A DNA stretch of 64,000 bases from Bacteroidia bacterium (GTDB lineage: Bacteria; Bacteroidota; Bacteroidia; NS11-12g; UBA9320), in assembly GCA_965216465.1 (NCBI GenBank), contig CBDCFW010000004.1:32001-96000 (forward strand), in the 5' to 3' direction. Below are positions 1-9,503 of the stretch, in pieces; position 1 is the stretch's first letter, and the number at the start of each line of letters is the position of its first letter. The notes under the pieces were generated by a model. That model saw nothing but the letters and a program-made list of their open reading frames with translations, was not told the DNA's origin and made no database searches. The position numbers and the translations under genes were made by a program.

Positions 1-2529
1 TTCACAGCAAACAGAACGTCTGAAGGAGGTACATTCGCTGTTGATTCAAACGCCGAAGTGTTGTTGGCGGGAGCTGATAATTTTCCAGCTCTCTTTCTGA
101 CAGTAAGTATAGATACGCACAGTACGGTTACCTATGACGGGTCGGTGGCACAATCAATTCAACCAAGAACTTATGGCAATCTAACTTGCTCGAATGGAAG
201 TCCTAATGCAAAAGGCTTAGCCCGCAGTATTATTGTTCTTGGAGATTTAAGTATCAACACAAATACGACATTAAGCCCAGATACCTCAAGTATTACACTG
301 TATGGTGATTTCACAAACGACGGCAATGTGACACCAGGCACAAGCACGCTTATACTCAATGGTGTCTCGAAAACTTTTACAGGAACGACAACGCTTCATA
401 ACTTGTCTGTGATTGATGGTTCATACTCTGTTTCGTCAGGAACTGTGACTATGGAAGGAAATCTTTACATAGAATCAACCGGCTCATTAAGTTTTGGGAC
501 TAACACCGCTATCTTAGATGGAAATCTGACTAATTATGGTTCGCTAACAAGTAATGGTACAGCGACATTTACAGGAAACAGAGAGCAGCATATTTCACTT
601 CATAGTGCAATCAATAGCACTTCGACAGGTATTATCAATTTCAATGGAACTGTTAAGCCGATTATCAATTCCAGTTCAAGCCCGAATTTCGCAACTGTAA
701 ATATCAATAACACAGCTGGTATTAGTCCTTCGGTACCTTGGTATGTTGCAATTGCAATGAATGTAGATGCAAGTTCAACTTTTGACGGCGGAGCATTGAC
801 TCATACCTTCTATGGGAACTTCGATAATGATGGTGCAGTATACAGTACAGGAAAACTACTGTTTAGTCCAGGGGCACCATATTCTGCAAGTGCGACGGTA
901 TCATTGCTAGGCGATACTTTAAGTGCTGGTGAAGTGGAATTTGGAGGTACTGTACCTTTAACAATAACAGGAAATGCACCGAATTTTGAGACCGTAATTA
1001 TTTCGAATTCTCATTCTTCAGGTATTACGGCACCTAGCTCATGGACAATAGCAAACGATTTGCAAATACAAAGTGGTTCAGAATTTAATGCAGGTTCTGG
1101 CACCAGTCATACTATTGGAGAGAACTTGGTTAATAACGGTACACTTTCAGGTGGCTCTTCATTAATCACCTTTGTTGGTGATACTGTTTCTATTGACGGA
1201 ACAGGAACCAATTCTTTTGAGGATATGAAGGTTGACACCAATACTATTCTGACCTTAAACAACGATATTCAAATATTCTCAGATTTAATACTTGCCGGTG
1301 ATTTAAACAATGCGGACCCAGTTGTAGAATTTTCAGGTTCAGCTCCTGGAACAATTACAGGAATTGCTGGAAACGATACGATTGGAGAATTAAAAACGAC
1401 CAAAGCAAGCGGTGTTGCAACTACCTTAGGTATTCCAATTGTGGTTCAAACTCACCTTAATATGGAATCAGGAATTTTCATTACCGATGCTACCAATATT
1501 ATTGAAATTATGGATGATGCCACATCAACACCTGGCAACGATACAAGTTTTGTTGATGGTCCAGTTCGAAAAGTTGGTAATGATAGGTTTGTATTTCCAC
1601 TTGGAGATACAAGCGAATGGGCTCGTCTGGAGATATCAGCTCCGAGTTTAACGACAGACGCCTTTACAGCGGAATATCATAAAACTTACTATTCAGATAC
1701 AACTACTATGGCAGTGACTCCAATTCCTGTTTTGAATAATGTTAGCCAAATTGAATACTGGACCTGCGATAGAACGGCTGGTACTTCAAATGTTACCGTA
1801 GAACTTTATTGGGAAAATAAGCACAGAAGTGGTATTGATTCGATTAGCTCAGATCTGGTAGTTGCCCGATGGAATGGTTCTGCTTGGGAGAATGCCGGAA
1901 GAACTGAAGCTCAGGGTGATTTGGCGGGGAGCGTTACATCAAATACGGTGTCGTCGTTTAGTCCGTTCACGTTTGGTTCAACTTCCAGTTTAATTAATAA
2001 GCTACCTGTTGAGCTCTTGAGCTTCGATGCAGCATTTAACGAACAGCAAACGGTTGATTTAACCTGGGCTACTGTGTCAGAAGTGAACAACGATTACTTT
2101 GAAATACAGCGAAGCAAAGACGGCAGAGCTTTTGAGTTTGTCGGAACAGTTAATGGAGCAGGTAATAGCTCATCGGAGATTAGCTATGCCTCAGTGGATT
2201 ACGCACCTTATAAGGGCGTTAGCTTTTATCGTTTGAAGCAGCTAGATTTTGATGGGAGCTACGAGTATAGTGATGTAGTAAAAGTTTACTTAGAAGAGCA
2301 GACAAGCCAGCTAAGAATCTATCCCAATCCTGTAAGAGATGTGTTGCGTATTGAGTCGACAATTGATGATGCAAAAGTTGTTGTTTACGACGCCCAAATG
2401 AAAGTAGTAAACTCAAAAAGGTTTGTTTCCGAAACCGATATCGATATGTCTTCTTATCAAGCTGGTATTTACTTAATTTCTTTAGAGTCTTCTAATTTTA
2501 GCAAGATGTACAAAGTGGTAAAACACTAA
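1..2529 (+). CDS. Large secreted T9SS (type A CTD) cargo protein with beta-helix-like repeats; 5'-truncated by the window edge
   Basis: Frame is open from base 1. Gly/Asn/Thr/Ser-rich repeats (e.g. 'GNLTNYGSL', 'GDFTNDGNV'), an 'LPVELLSFDA' Ig-like module and a C-terminal 'IYPNPV...GIYLI...KVVKH' T9SS sorting domain. Confidence 0.85.
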   Translation, partial: FTANRTSEGGTFAVDSNAEVLLAGADNFPALFLTVSIDTHSTVTYDGSVAQSIQPRTYGNLTCSNGSPNAKGLARSIIVLGDLSINTNTTLSPDTSSITLYGDFTNDGNVTPGTSTLILNGVSKTFTGTTTLHNLSVIDGSYSVSSGTVTMEGNLYIESTGSLSFGTNTAILDGNLTNYGSLTSNGTATFTGNREQHISLHSAINSTSTGIINFNGTVKPIINSSSSPNFATVNINNTAGISPSVPWYVAIAMNVDASSTFDGGALTHTFYGNFDNDGAVYSTGKLLFSPGAPYSASATVSLLGDTLSAGEVEFGGTVPLTITGNAPNFETVIISNSHSSGITAPSSWTIANDLQIQSGSEFNAGSGTSHTIGENLVNNGTLSGGSSLITFVGDTVSIDGTGTNSFEDMKVDTNTILTLNNDIQIFSDLILAGDLNNADPVVEFSGSAPGTITGIAGNDTIGELKTTKASGVATTLGIPIVVQTHLNMESGIFITDATNIIEIMDDATSTPGNDTSFVDGPVRKVGNDRFVFPLGDTSEWARLEISAPSLTTDAFTAEYHKTYYSDTTTMAVTPIPVLNNVSQIEYWTCDRTAGTSNVTVELYWENKHRSGIDSISSDLVVARWNGSAWENAGRTEAQGDLAGSVTSNTVSSFSPFTFGSTSSLINKLPVELLSFDAAFNEQQTVDLTWATVSEVNNDYFEIQRSKDGRAFEFVGTVNGAGNSSSEISYASVDYAPYKGVSFYRLKQLDFDGSYEYSDVVKVYLEEQTSQLRIYPNPVRDVLRIESTIDDAKVVVYDAQMKVVNSKRFVSETDIDMSSYQAGIYLISLESSNFSKMYKVVKH

Positions 2530-2563
2530 ACAAAAAGCCGCCAGTTTACACCAGCGGCTTTTG
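2530..2563 (-). terminator. Intrinsic terminator, possibly bidirectional, strongest on the minus strand
   Basis: AAAAGCCGC...GCGGCTTTT inverted repeat. On the minus strand the stem extends with G-U pairs (GCCGCUGG/CUGGCGGC) and is followed by UUUUUGUUU. Confidence 0.8.
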
Positions 2564-2719
2564 CTTCTAAGTAATTAGCTTTATTGCCTGTTAAATATTT
2601 TTGGTCAATACTAAATCTAGAGCATGGCAAAATGCTCAGTTAAATGTTACATGAAAAATTGCGTAGAGTAAGGGAGTGTCCTTATATAGACGTCAATAAT
2701 TTCATCATAAGCTAGTAGT
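2530..2719 (-). ncRNA. Candidate ~190-nt non-coding RNA ('RNA-B')
   Basis: Own promoter (2724-2753) and terminator (2530-2563); no ATG-initiated ORF longer than 8 codons; internal hairpin GAGCAT/ATGCTC (2620-2637); 5' end complementary to the candidate sRNA at 37154-37178. Confidence 0.5.
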
Positions 2720-2723
2720 ACTA

Positions 2724-2753
2724 CAAAGCTAATGAATAATTTCAGTCACGCAA
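2724..2753 (-). promoter_or_regulatory. Bacteroidota primary-sigma promoter (-33 TTG, 19-bp spacer, -7 TAGCTTTG)
   Basis: Minus strand reads TTG (2753-2751), 19 bp, then TAGCTTTG (2731-2724), matching the TTG/TAnnTTTG consensus. Confidence 0.7.
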
Positions 2754-2760
2754 GTAAAAA

Positions 2761-2796
2761 TTCCCAAAAAGAGTGAAAAAATTCCCAAAATGGGAA
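2761..2796. promoter_or_regulatory. Tandem putative transcription-factor sites (TTCCCAAAA twice at 21-bp period; second copy is the palindrome TTCCCA-AAA-TGGGAA)
   Basis: TTCCCAAAA at 2761 and 2782; dyad at 2782-2796; immediately upstream of the -33 element of the minus-strand promoter. Confidence 0.45.
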
Positions 2797-2806
2797 AAAT
2801 TAGAAG

Positions 2807-4027
2807 TTATACGATGATGCTTTCGATTTGGCTTTGACCGAACCAATAGGGGATATCTTCTAAGCCATTTGCAGGTTTTGTGACAATTAAATTGGCTTTC
2901 TTTCCGCGTTGAATACTACCAACTTCGTTCTGCAGCTCTAACGCAAATGCAGCATTGTACGTTAAGGCATTAAAAGCTTCCTCTGGTGTTAGTTTCATCT
3001 GAGAGCATCCTAAAGCAAAAGCTAGACTGAGGTTATGAGAAGGTGCTGAACCTGGATTGAAATCGGAGGCAAGCACTAATGGGATATTTCTGTCGATTAG
3101 TTCCCGGCCAGGAGTGTACGGGATATTCAAGAAAAGCGAGCACAATGGTAAGCCTACTGCAAGAGTTTGGGAATTGGCTAACGCTTTGAAATCTTCATCT
3201 TCCATAACTTCTAAATGATCTACACTTAGAGCATTCATATCAACGGCCAGCTTTACAGCACCAAAACTGCTAAATTGATTCACGTGCACTTTTGGCTTTA
3301 GGCCAAACTTTTGTCCGGCTTCAATTACCCGACGCATGTCATTCAAATCGAAATAGCCCGTTTCGCAAAATATGTCGACATAATCTGCAAGCTTTTCTCC
3401 TGCTATTTCCGGAATCATCTCGTTGCATACAAGATTGATATAACCGTCTTTGTTATTTTTAAACTCAGGAGGAAGAGCATGTGCACCTAAAAAGGTAGAT
3501 TTAATCGGAATAGGAGATAAATGACGCAACACACTAATTACCCGCATCATCTTGAGTTCAGACTCGGTAGAAAGGCCATATCCACTCTTGATTTCAATTG
3601 CACCAGTACCTTGCTTGATTGTTTGTTCAAGTCTCTCTTGAGCGGCTTCAAAAAGCTGTTGTTCGCTCATTTTTCCAAGCTTATCTGCCGAATTCAATAT
3701 TCCTCCACCAGCTTCTGCAATCTCCTGGTAAGACTTTCCATTTAATCGCATCTTGAATTCATTTGCTCGACTCTCGGCGAACACTAAATGTGTATGCGAA
3801 TCAACATACATCGGCATAACCAGACGACCAACACAATTGTGCTCTTGCAGGTCAGTAGTTGGACAATTGTCCATGCTGCCAAAATCTTCAATGAGGCCAT
3901 TACGAATAACTACATAGGCATTATTTATGGTTTCAACCTCGTTTTGTTCTGCCCCTTTCTTAGGTGTTCTCGAGTTTGAGGTAATACCAATAAGTTCTTT
4001 GATATTGGTTAATAAGATGTTACTCAT
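2807..4027 (-). CDS. hutI: Imidazolonepropionase
   Basis: Amidohydrolase motifs 'DSHTHLVF', 'EIKSGYGL', 'TFLGAHA', 'DIFCE', 'ASDFNPGS'. Confidence 0.95.
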   Translation of the reverse strand: MSNILLTNIKELIGITSNSRTPKKGAEQNEVETINNAYVVIRNGLIEDFGSMDNCPTTDLQEHNCVGRLVMPMYVDSHTHLVFAESRANEFKMRLNGKSYQEIAEAGGGILNSADKLGKMSEQQLFEAAQERLEQTIKQGTGAIEIKSGYGLSTESELKMMRVISVLRHLSPIPIKSTFLGAHALPPEFKNNKDGYINLVCNEMIPEIAGEKLADYVDIFCETGYFDLNDMRRVIEAGQKFGLKPKVHVNQFSSFGAVKLAVDMNALSVDHLEVMEDEDFKALANSQTLAVGLPLCSLFLNIPYTPGRELIDRNIPLVLASDFNPGSAPSHNLSLAFALGCSQMKLTPEEAFNALTYNAAFALELQNEVGSIQRGKKANLIVTKPANGLEDIPYWFGQSQIESIIV

Positions 4028-4034
4028 GCTAGTG

Positions 4035-5591
4035 CTATTTAGCGAAGGCTACTGCTCTTCTTTCACGAATTACAGTAACTTTTATTTGACCTGGGTAGAT
4101 CATTTCTTTCATAATTTTCTGTGAAATATCGAAAGACAGAAGGTCTGCTTTTTTGTCGTCGAGTGAATCGCTATCGACAATTACACGGAGTTCTCTTCCT
4201 GCTTGAATCGCAAAAGATTTTTCAACTCCATCAAAACTTAAAGCAAGTTTTTCGAGATCTTGTAAACGTTTTATGTAGCTCTCACTGTCTTCTCTTCTTG
4301 CTCCAGGACGAGATCCACTTATAGCATCACATGCCTGAACAATAGGAGAGAAGAGGTTTGTCATTTCGATTTCATCGTGGTGAGCTCCAACTGCATTGCA
4401 AACCTCAGGGTGCTCGCCAAACTTTTCACATAGCTTCATGCCCAATAATGCGTGTGGCATTTCGCTATCGGTATCAGGTACTTTTCCAATATCATGAAGT
4501 AATCCTGCACGCTTAGCTCTTTTGGCATCCAATCCAAACTCTGCTGCCATTGTAGCACACAAGTTTGCAACTTCTCTACTGTGCTTCAATAGGTTTTGAC
4601 CGTAAGAGCTTCTGAATCGCATACGTCCTACCATTCGGATAAGTTCTGGGTGCAATCCATTTATTCCTAAGTCGATTACAGTTCGTTCACCGTATTCAAC
4701 AATTTCTTGCTCTACATCTTTACGCGTTTTAGCTACAACCTCTTCAATTCTTGCAGGGTGAATTCTTCCGTCAGAAACCAAACGATGAAGCGATAATCGT
4801 GCAATTTCCCTTCGAATTGGATCGAATCCTGAAAGTATAATTGCTTCTGGTGTATCGTCAACAATAATCTCTATTCCAGTTGCTGCTTCTAAGGCTCTAA
4901 TATTACGCCCTTCACGACCAATTATTCGTCCTTTAACCTCATCATTATCGATGTTAAATACAGTTACTGAATTTTCAATGGCTTGCTCTGCCGCAGTACG
5001 CTGAATAGTTTGAAGAATCATTCGCTTTGCATCTTTGTTCGCTGAAAGCTTTGCTTCTTCAATAATCATTTTTTGCTGCGCTAATGCATCAGTTCGAGCT
5101 TCTTGAGCAACGGCCTCAAGCATCTGTGATTTTGCTTCTGCTTTAGAAAGGCCGGCTACTTTTTCAAGTTGATTAATTTGATCATTAATCTTCTCTTCTA
5201 ACTCCGATTTTTTAATATCAATGATTTCAAGCTGCTTGTTCAAATTTGACTTAACGGCCTCAAGTTCCTTTTGCTTGTTTTTTTGATTCTGAATTTTAGA
5301 ATCTAGACTTTGTTCCTTGCGTTTTACCTCATTAAACTTCTCGTCAAGCTCCTTCTCTTTAGATCGGATATCTCGTTGATGTTCGTTCTTTAACTGTAAG
5401 AATTTTTCCTTGGCTTCTAGCTCTCTTTCTTTCTTATAGGCCTTTGCATTTGCTTGCATTTCTTTGGCCTTAACTTCTGCTTCATGTAGAAGCTCTTCTG
5501 CTTTGGTATTGCTATTCTTACTGGCAACTACCCAAGCAACTCCTCCTCCTACGAGGATCCCAGCAACCGCTGCGATTATTATTCCTGTCAT
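4035..5591 (-). CDS. rny: Ribonuclease Y
   Basis: N-terminal TM helix, coiled coil, KH domain '[13 protein letters not shown]' and HD domain 'LLHDIGK'. Confidence 0.97.
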   Translation of the reverse strand: MTGIIIAAVAGILVGGGVAWVVASKNSNTKAEELLHEAEVKAKEMQANAKAYKKERELEAKEKFLQLKNEHQRDIRSKEKELDEKFNEVKRKEQSLDSKIQNQKNKQKELEAVKSNLNKQLEIIDIKKSELEEKINDQINQLEKVAGLSKAEAKSQMLEAVAQEARTDALAQQKMIIEEAKLSANKDAKRMILQTIQRTAAEQAIENSVTVFNIDNDEVKGRIIGREGRNIRALEAATGIEIIVDDTPEAIILSGFDPIRREIARLSLHRLVSDGRIHPARIEEVVAKTRKDVEQEIVEYGERTVIDLGINGLHPELIRMVGRMRFRSSYGQNLLKHSREVANLCATMAAEFGLDAKRAKRAGLLHDIGKVPDTDSEMPHALLGMKLCEKFGEHPEVCNAVGAHHDEIEMTNLFSPIVQACDAISGSRPGARREDSESYIKRLQDLEKLALSFDGVEKSFAIQAGRELRVIVDSDSLDDKKADLLSFDISQKIMKEMIYPGQIKVTVIRERRAVAFAK

Positions 5592-5635
5592 TTTCTAGTT
5601 TTAGTTTTATGACCGGATGTATGATTAGAAATTCC

Positions 5636-5917
5636 TTATTTGTTCAGAATAGCCTCAATCGATTGAAGCTTATTCGCTAAGTTTTCAAAGTCTATATCTG
5701 TTTTGTTCTCGTTTTGGTCTTGCGATGCAACTTCTAAGGCAACCATTGCCAGTGCATCTTGCTTGTCTTGCACCGAGAAATTCTCGATGTAGTAACGTGC
5801 TCTTTCGTTTATTTTTTTGGCAGCTCCCCGCACAGCTTCTTCTTCTTGAATCTTGATGCGTAGTGGGTAGTACCTATCACAAATATTTATCTTTATGGAT
5901 ATTTCTTCGTCAGACAT
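5636..5917 (-). CDS. zapA: Cell division protein ZapA
   Basis: 'ISIKINICDRYYPLRI...EEAVRGAAKKINE...DKQDALAMVAL'; conserved position upstream of rny. Confidence 0.9.
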   Translation of the reverse strand: MSDEEISIKINICDRYYPLRIKIQEEEAVRGAAKKINERARYYIENFSVQDKQDALAMVALEVASQDQNENKTDIDFENLANKLQSIEAILNK

Positions 5918-5941
5918 TCCAGTCCGTTGTTATCAAAAAAT

Positions 5942-6226
5942 TTATCGTTTTACTAATTTAAGGCAGCTGTCAATTTCTTTAATCATTCGGTCAATTTCAG
6001 CTTTTAATGCTGTATTATCCGAATTATTGGCAACTCCCTCTGCAAGTTTACTAATTTTATTTGTTTCTGCTAAATTATGCAGCTCAACTTCTTTTTTATT
6101 CAAATCTTCTTTTAGGCGAGCATTCTCTTTCGCCATTTGATCGTGCTGTTCTTCCAACAAAACACACTTTTCTTTAAGCTTAAGTGCAAGATTTTCAATA
6201 TTTTGAAGTTGTTCAAGTACGCTCAT
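5942..6226 (-). CDS. Coiled-coil protein, ZapB-like
   Basis: All-helical coiled coil ending 'IDRMIKEIDSCLKL', lying between pheT and zapA. Confidence 0.7.
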   Translation of the reverse strand: MSVLEQLQNIENLALKLKEKCVLLEEQHDQMAKENARLKEDLNKKEVELHNLAETNKISKLAEGVANNSDNTALKAEIDRMIKEIDSCLKLVKR

Positions 6227-8571
6227 TACTTCCGAATTGTTGCGTTTAGTTTGCTTTCGAAACTAACGATTAGTTTGTCCATTAAAGTATCAATCTCAGC
6301 GTCTTCCATTGTTTTCTTTGGGTTGTATAAGAAGAATGCAACCGCAAATGATTTTTGATCGGCGTTAAGCGGTTTACCCTCATACACATCAAAGAGCAAC
6401 AAATCTTTAAGGTAATGTTGTAGCGTTTGATTTGCTATTTTCTGAATTTCACTAAAGGCTGCTTTTTTGTCTAGAACCAACGAAAGATCACGTCGCACGA
6501 TTGGGAAAACCGGGATGTCATTTAGCTGAATGTTGTTGTTGGCTAGACGCATGGTTTCTTCCCAGTTTACACTTACCGATACAACATCTTGCTTCAGACT
6601 ATGATGCTTCATGGCCTTCTTGTCAATTTGCTCGATGCGAACCAATTTCTTGAAATGTTTTGGAGCAATATTCAGTTTTTTCAGAGCATTATGAGCCACA
6701 CTAACTAACTGTTCGCTGGTAATTTTACTAGACTTAGTACTCCAATGTTCAGGATGGCGAGTTCCGCTAGCTGTCAACTGCAAATAGCTTTGTTCAATAT
6801 AACCCTTCTCGGTTTTGAAATAAACTTTTCCAAATTCAAAGAACTTCGTGTTGTTGTTCTTGCGGTTTACATTATAAGCGACTGATTCTAAGGCTGAATT
6901 AATCAGTTCCATACGCATAACGTCCATGTCGTTGCTTAATGGATTTAGCATATAAACTGCCTTGTTTAACTCAGCTTCTGAATAGAGCTTGCTCGGAACA
7001 AGCGAATTGTTCATGATCTCATTGAATCCAACGGAAGCCAAGTAGTTGCTAATCTTGGTTTGTAGTTTATTTGCCGCGTTGTTGTCAATTATCGAAGGGA
7101 TATAGTTCACCTTCTGTGGAATTGGAATATTGTCGAAACCGTAAATACGAATGATTTCTTCATAAATGTCAACCGGACGATCTATCTCAGGTCTGTAATT
7201 TGGAACCTCCAATAACAAGTTTTGGTTGTTGTTAGCTAGAATCTTAATTTCTAGACTTTGTAAAATTTCTACAGCAGATTCTTTTGGAATTTCATGACCA
7301 ATAAAGCGATTTAGCTCGTCTAACTTGATTTCAATTTGAACAGGTTCAATATGTTCAGGATAAATATCTACTATCTCAGAAGATACTTCTCCTCCAGCAA
7401 CCTCCATCACTAAATTAACAGCTCTTTGCAAAGCGTAAATAACAGCATCAGGGTCTGTTCCACGCTCAAATCGATAACTCGAGTCGGTGTTTAGTCCATA
7501 GCTTTTTGCTGTTTTTCGAATCGATGTTGGATTGAAGTAAGCACTTTCAATAAAGATATTCTTGGTTCGGTCCGTAACTCCCGAATCTTCACCGCCTAAA
7601 ACCCCAGCCAAGGCCATGGGTTCAGATTCATTGCATATCACAAGATTACTTGGGTTGAGTTCTCGATCCTCACCATCTAATGTTGTAAGTTTCTCATTTG
7701 CTTTGGCATCACGCACTACGATTTTCTTCCCTAAGATCTTGTCATAGTCAAAAGCGTGTAAGGGTTGACCTATTTCATGTTGAATAAAATTCGTAATGTC
7801 AACCACATTGTTGATAGGGTTTAATCCTATGGATTGAAGACGTTGTTTGAGCCAAGAAGGTGATTCTTCAATTTTTACATTTGCAATGGTTATACCACTA
7901 TATCTTGGGCAAGCTTCACTGTTTTCAATTTTGATGTCGACGCGCATCTGGCCTCGAGCATCAAAATTTTCGATGCTTGGTTTTTTGTATTTCTTGCCGG
8001 TCAAAGCCTGCAGCTCACGAGCAACACCTAAATGAGAGATGGCATCACCACGATTTGGTATGATTGCAATTTCTATCTGGTAGTCTGTTTCAATATCGTA
8101 CAGGTCTGCAACGGGTTTGCCAATTTCAGTGTTTGCATCCAATACCATAATCCCTTCATGATTAGTACCAAGACCAATTTCGTCTTCGGCACAAATCATC
8201 CCTTCAGAAGCTTCACCTCTAATTTTTGCTTTTTTAATGGTAAAGCTTTCTCCTTCAGTAGGGAATATTGTCGTTCCAACAGGAGCAACTACCACTTTTT
8301 GTCCTGCTTCAACATTAGTAGCACCACAAACTATTGCTAACGGTTCTTCTGTACCAATATTTACAGTTGTAAGATTTAGTTTGTCGGCATTAGGGTGTTT
8401 AGCTTTGGATAAAACTTCGCCCACAACCAAGTTCTGAAGGCCGCCTTTAATGCTTTCAATCTTATCTACGTGCTCTACTTCGAGTCCGCTCATTGTCAAC
8501 CTTTCGCACATCTCTTCAAGAGGTAAGTCGATTGCGATTAAGGATTTTAGCCAGTTATACGATATCTTCAT
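6226..8571 (-). CDS. pheT: Phenylalanine-tRNA ligase beta subunit
   Basis: 'MKISYNWL', tRNA-binding 'HPNADKL...CGATNV', B3/4 'NNVVDITN', 'RFERG', FDX-ACB 'RRDLSLV...FDVYEG'. Confidence 0.97.
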   Translation of the reverse strand: MKISYNWLKSLIAIDLPLEEMCERLTMSGLEVEHVDKIESIKGGLQNLVVGEVLSKAKHPNADKLNLTTVNIGTEEPLAIVCGATNVEAGQKVVVAPVGTTIFPTEGESFTIKKAKIRGEASEGMICAEDEIGLGTNHEGIMVLDANTEIGKPVADLYDIETDYQIEIAIIPNRGDAISHLGVARELQALTGKKYKKPSIENFDARGQMRVDIKIENSEACPRYSGITIANVKIEESPSWLKQRLQSIGLNPINNVVDITNFIQHEIGQPLHAFDYDKILGKKIVVRDAKANEKLTTLDGEDRELNPSNLVICNESEPMALAGVLGGEDSGVTDRTKNIFIESAYFNPTSIRKTAKSYGLNTDSSYRFERGTDPDAVIYALQRAVNLVMEVAGGEVSSEIVDIYPEHIEPVQIEIKLDELNRFIGHEIPKESAVEILQSLEIKILANNNQNLLLEVPNYRPEIDRPVDIYEEIIRIYGFDNIPIPQKVNYIPSIIDNNAANKLQTKISNYLASVGFNEIMNNSLVPSKLYSEAELNKAVYMLNPLSNDMDVMRMELINSALESVAYNVNRKNNNTKFFEFGKVYFKTEKGYIEQSYLQLTASGTRHPEHWSTKSSKITSEQLVSVAHNALKKLNIAPKHFKKLVRIEQIDKKAMKHHSLKQDVVSVSVNWEETMRLANNNIQLNDIPVFPIVRRDLSLVLDKKAAFSEIQKIANQTLQHYLKDLLLFDVYEGKPLNADQKSFAVAFFLYNPKKTMEDAEIDTLMDKLIVSFESKLNATIRK

Positions 8572-8663
8572 TGCAAATGAAGCGGCGAAGATAATTATGG
8601 ATGAGCAATCTTGTGGAATAAGAATACTTTTTTCTAGAGATTTTCTTAACCTTGTAGCATCAT

Positions 8664-9503
8664 ATGGAGGAATTAAACGAAATCGAAGTAAATGACTGGA
8701 TCATTCAACTTAAAGATCTTGGAGTAGAATATTTACCAAAACTAGCCTTAGCAATATTTACCCTTGTCGTAGGATTGTGGTTGATAAAACGCGTTAATAA
8801 AGCTTTTAAAAAAATATTGGAACGTAGGTCAGCAGATCCAACCTTAATTCCATTTTTAGTCGGTTTGGTAAGCATGGGCTTAAAAGTGCTACTTGTCATA
8901 AGTGTGGCTTCGATGGTTGGAATTGCCACTACTAGCTTTGTAGCAGTGTTGGGTGCCGCTGGTTTAGCTGTTGGTCTTGCCCTTCAAGGAAGCTTAAGTA
9001 ATTTTGCTGGCGGGGTGCTAATTCTACTTTTTAAGCCGTTTAAGGTTGATGATTTGATTGAAGTAGATGGAGCCCTAGGAACTGTTCATAGCATTACCAT
9101 ATTGAATACTATCTTGCTAACTCCAGATGATAATACAGCTATTTTGCCAAATGGTGTAGTTGCAAATTCTAAGATATTAAATTACACCAAAGAGAATCAC
9201 CGACGTGTCGATTTGGAAGTGGGTATTGCTTATCATGAAGATGTTGAGAAAGCAAAAGAAGTGATACTAAACGCATTAAAATCAGTTCCTAAGGTGAGAA
9301 AGTCGCCAGAACCGTTTGTTGGGGTCCTAAATTTTGGTGATAGCTCAGTTAATTTGGCTGTAAGACCTTATTGCAATTCAGAAGAATACTGGGATGTGTA
9401 TTTCGACAGTAACGAAGCGGTTAAGAAAGCACTTGACGACGCCAATATCGAAATCCCATTCCCGCAACGTGATATTAATATTAAAAGCGGAAGTCTAGGT
9501 TAA
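8664..9503 (+). CDS. mscS: Small-conductance mechanosensitive channel
   Basis: 'GAAGLAVGLALQGSLSNFAGG', 'PFKVDD', 'IEIPFPQRD'. Confidence 0.93.
   Translation: MEELNEIEVNDWIIQLKDLGVEYLPKLALAIFTLVVGLWLIKRVNKAFKKILERRSADPTLIPFLVGLVSMGLKVLLVISVASMVGIATTSFVAVLGAAGLAVGLALQGSLSNFAGGVLILLFKPFKVDDLIEVDGALGTVHSITILNTILLTPDDNTAILPNGVVANSKILNYTKENHRRVDLEVGIAYHEDVEKAKEVILNALKSVPKVRKSPEPFVGVLNFGDSSVNLAVRPYCNSEEYWDVYFDSNEAVKKALDDANIEIPFPQRDINIKSGSLG

Noticed and set aside
5592-5610. rny leader as another sRNA-A target (TAGTTTTAGTTTT versus TAGTTTAGTATTTT)
   Set aside because: Short, low-complexity and gapped; not distinguishable from chance by eye.
5592-5635. 6S RNA expected next to zapA
   Set aside because: The zapA-rny gap is only 44 bp. 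RNA-B has a 6S-like length, but I could not see a convincing rod-with-central-bubble fold, so it is not called 6S.
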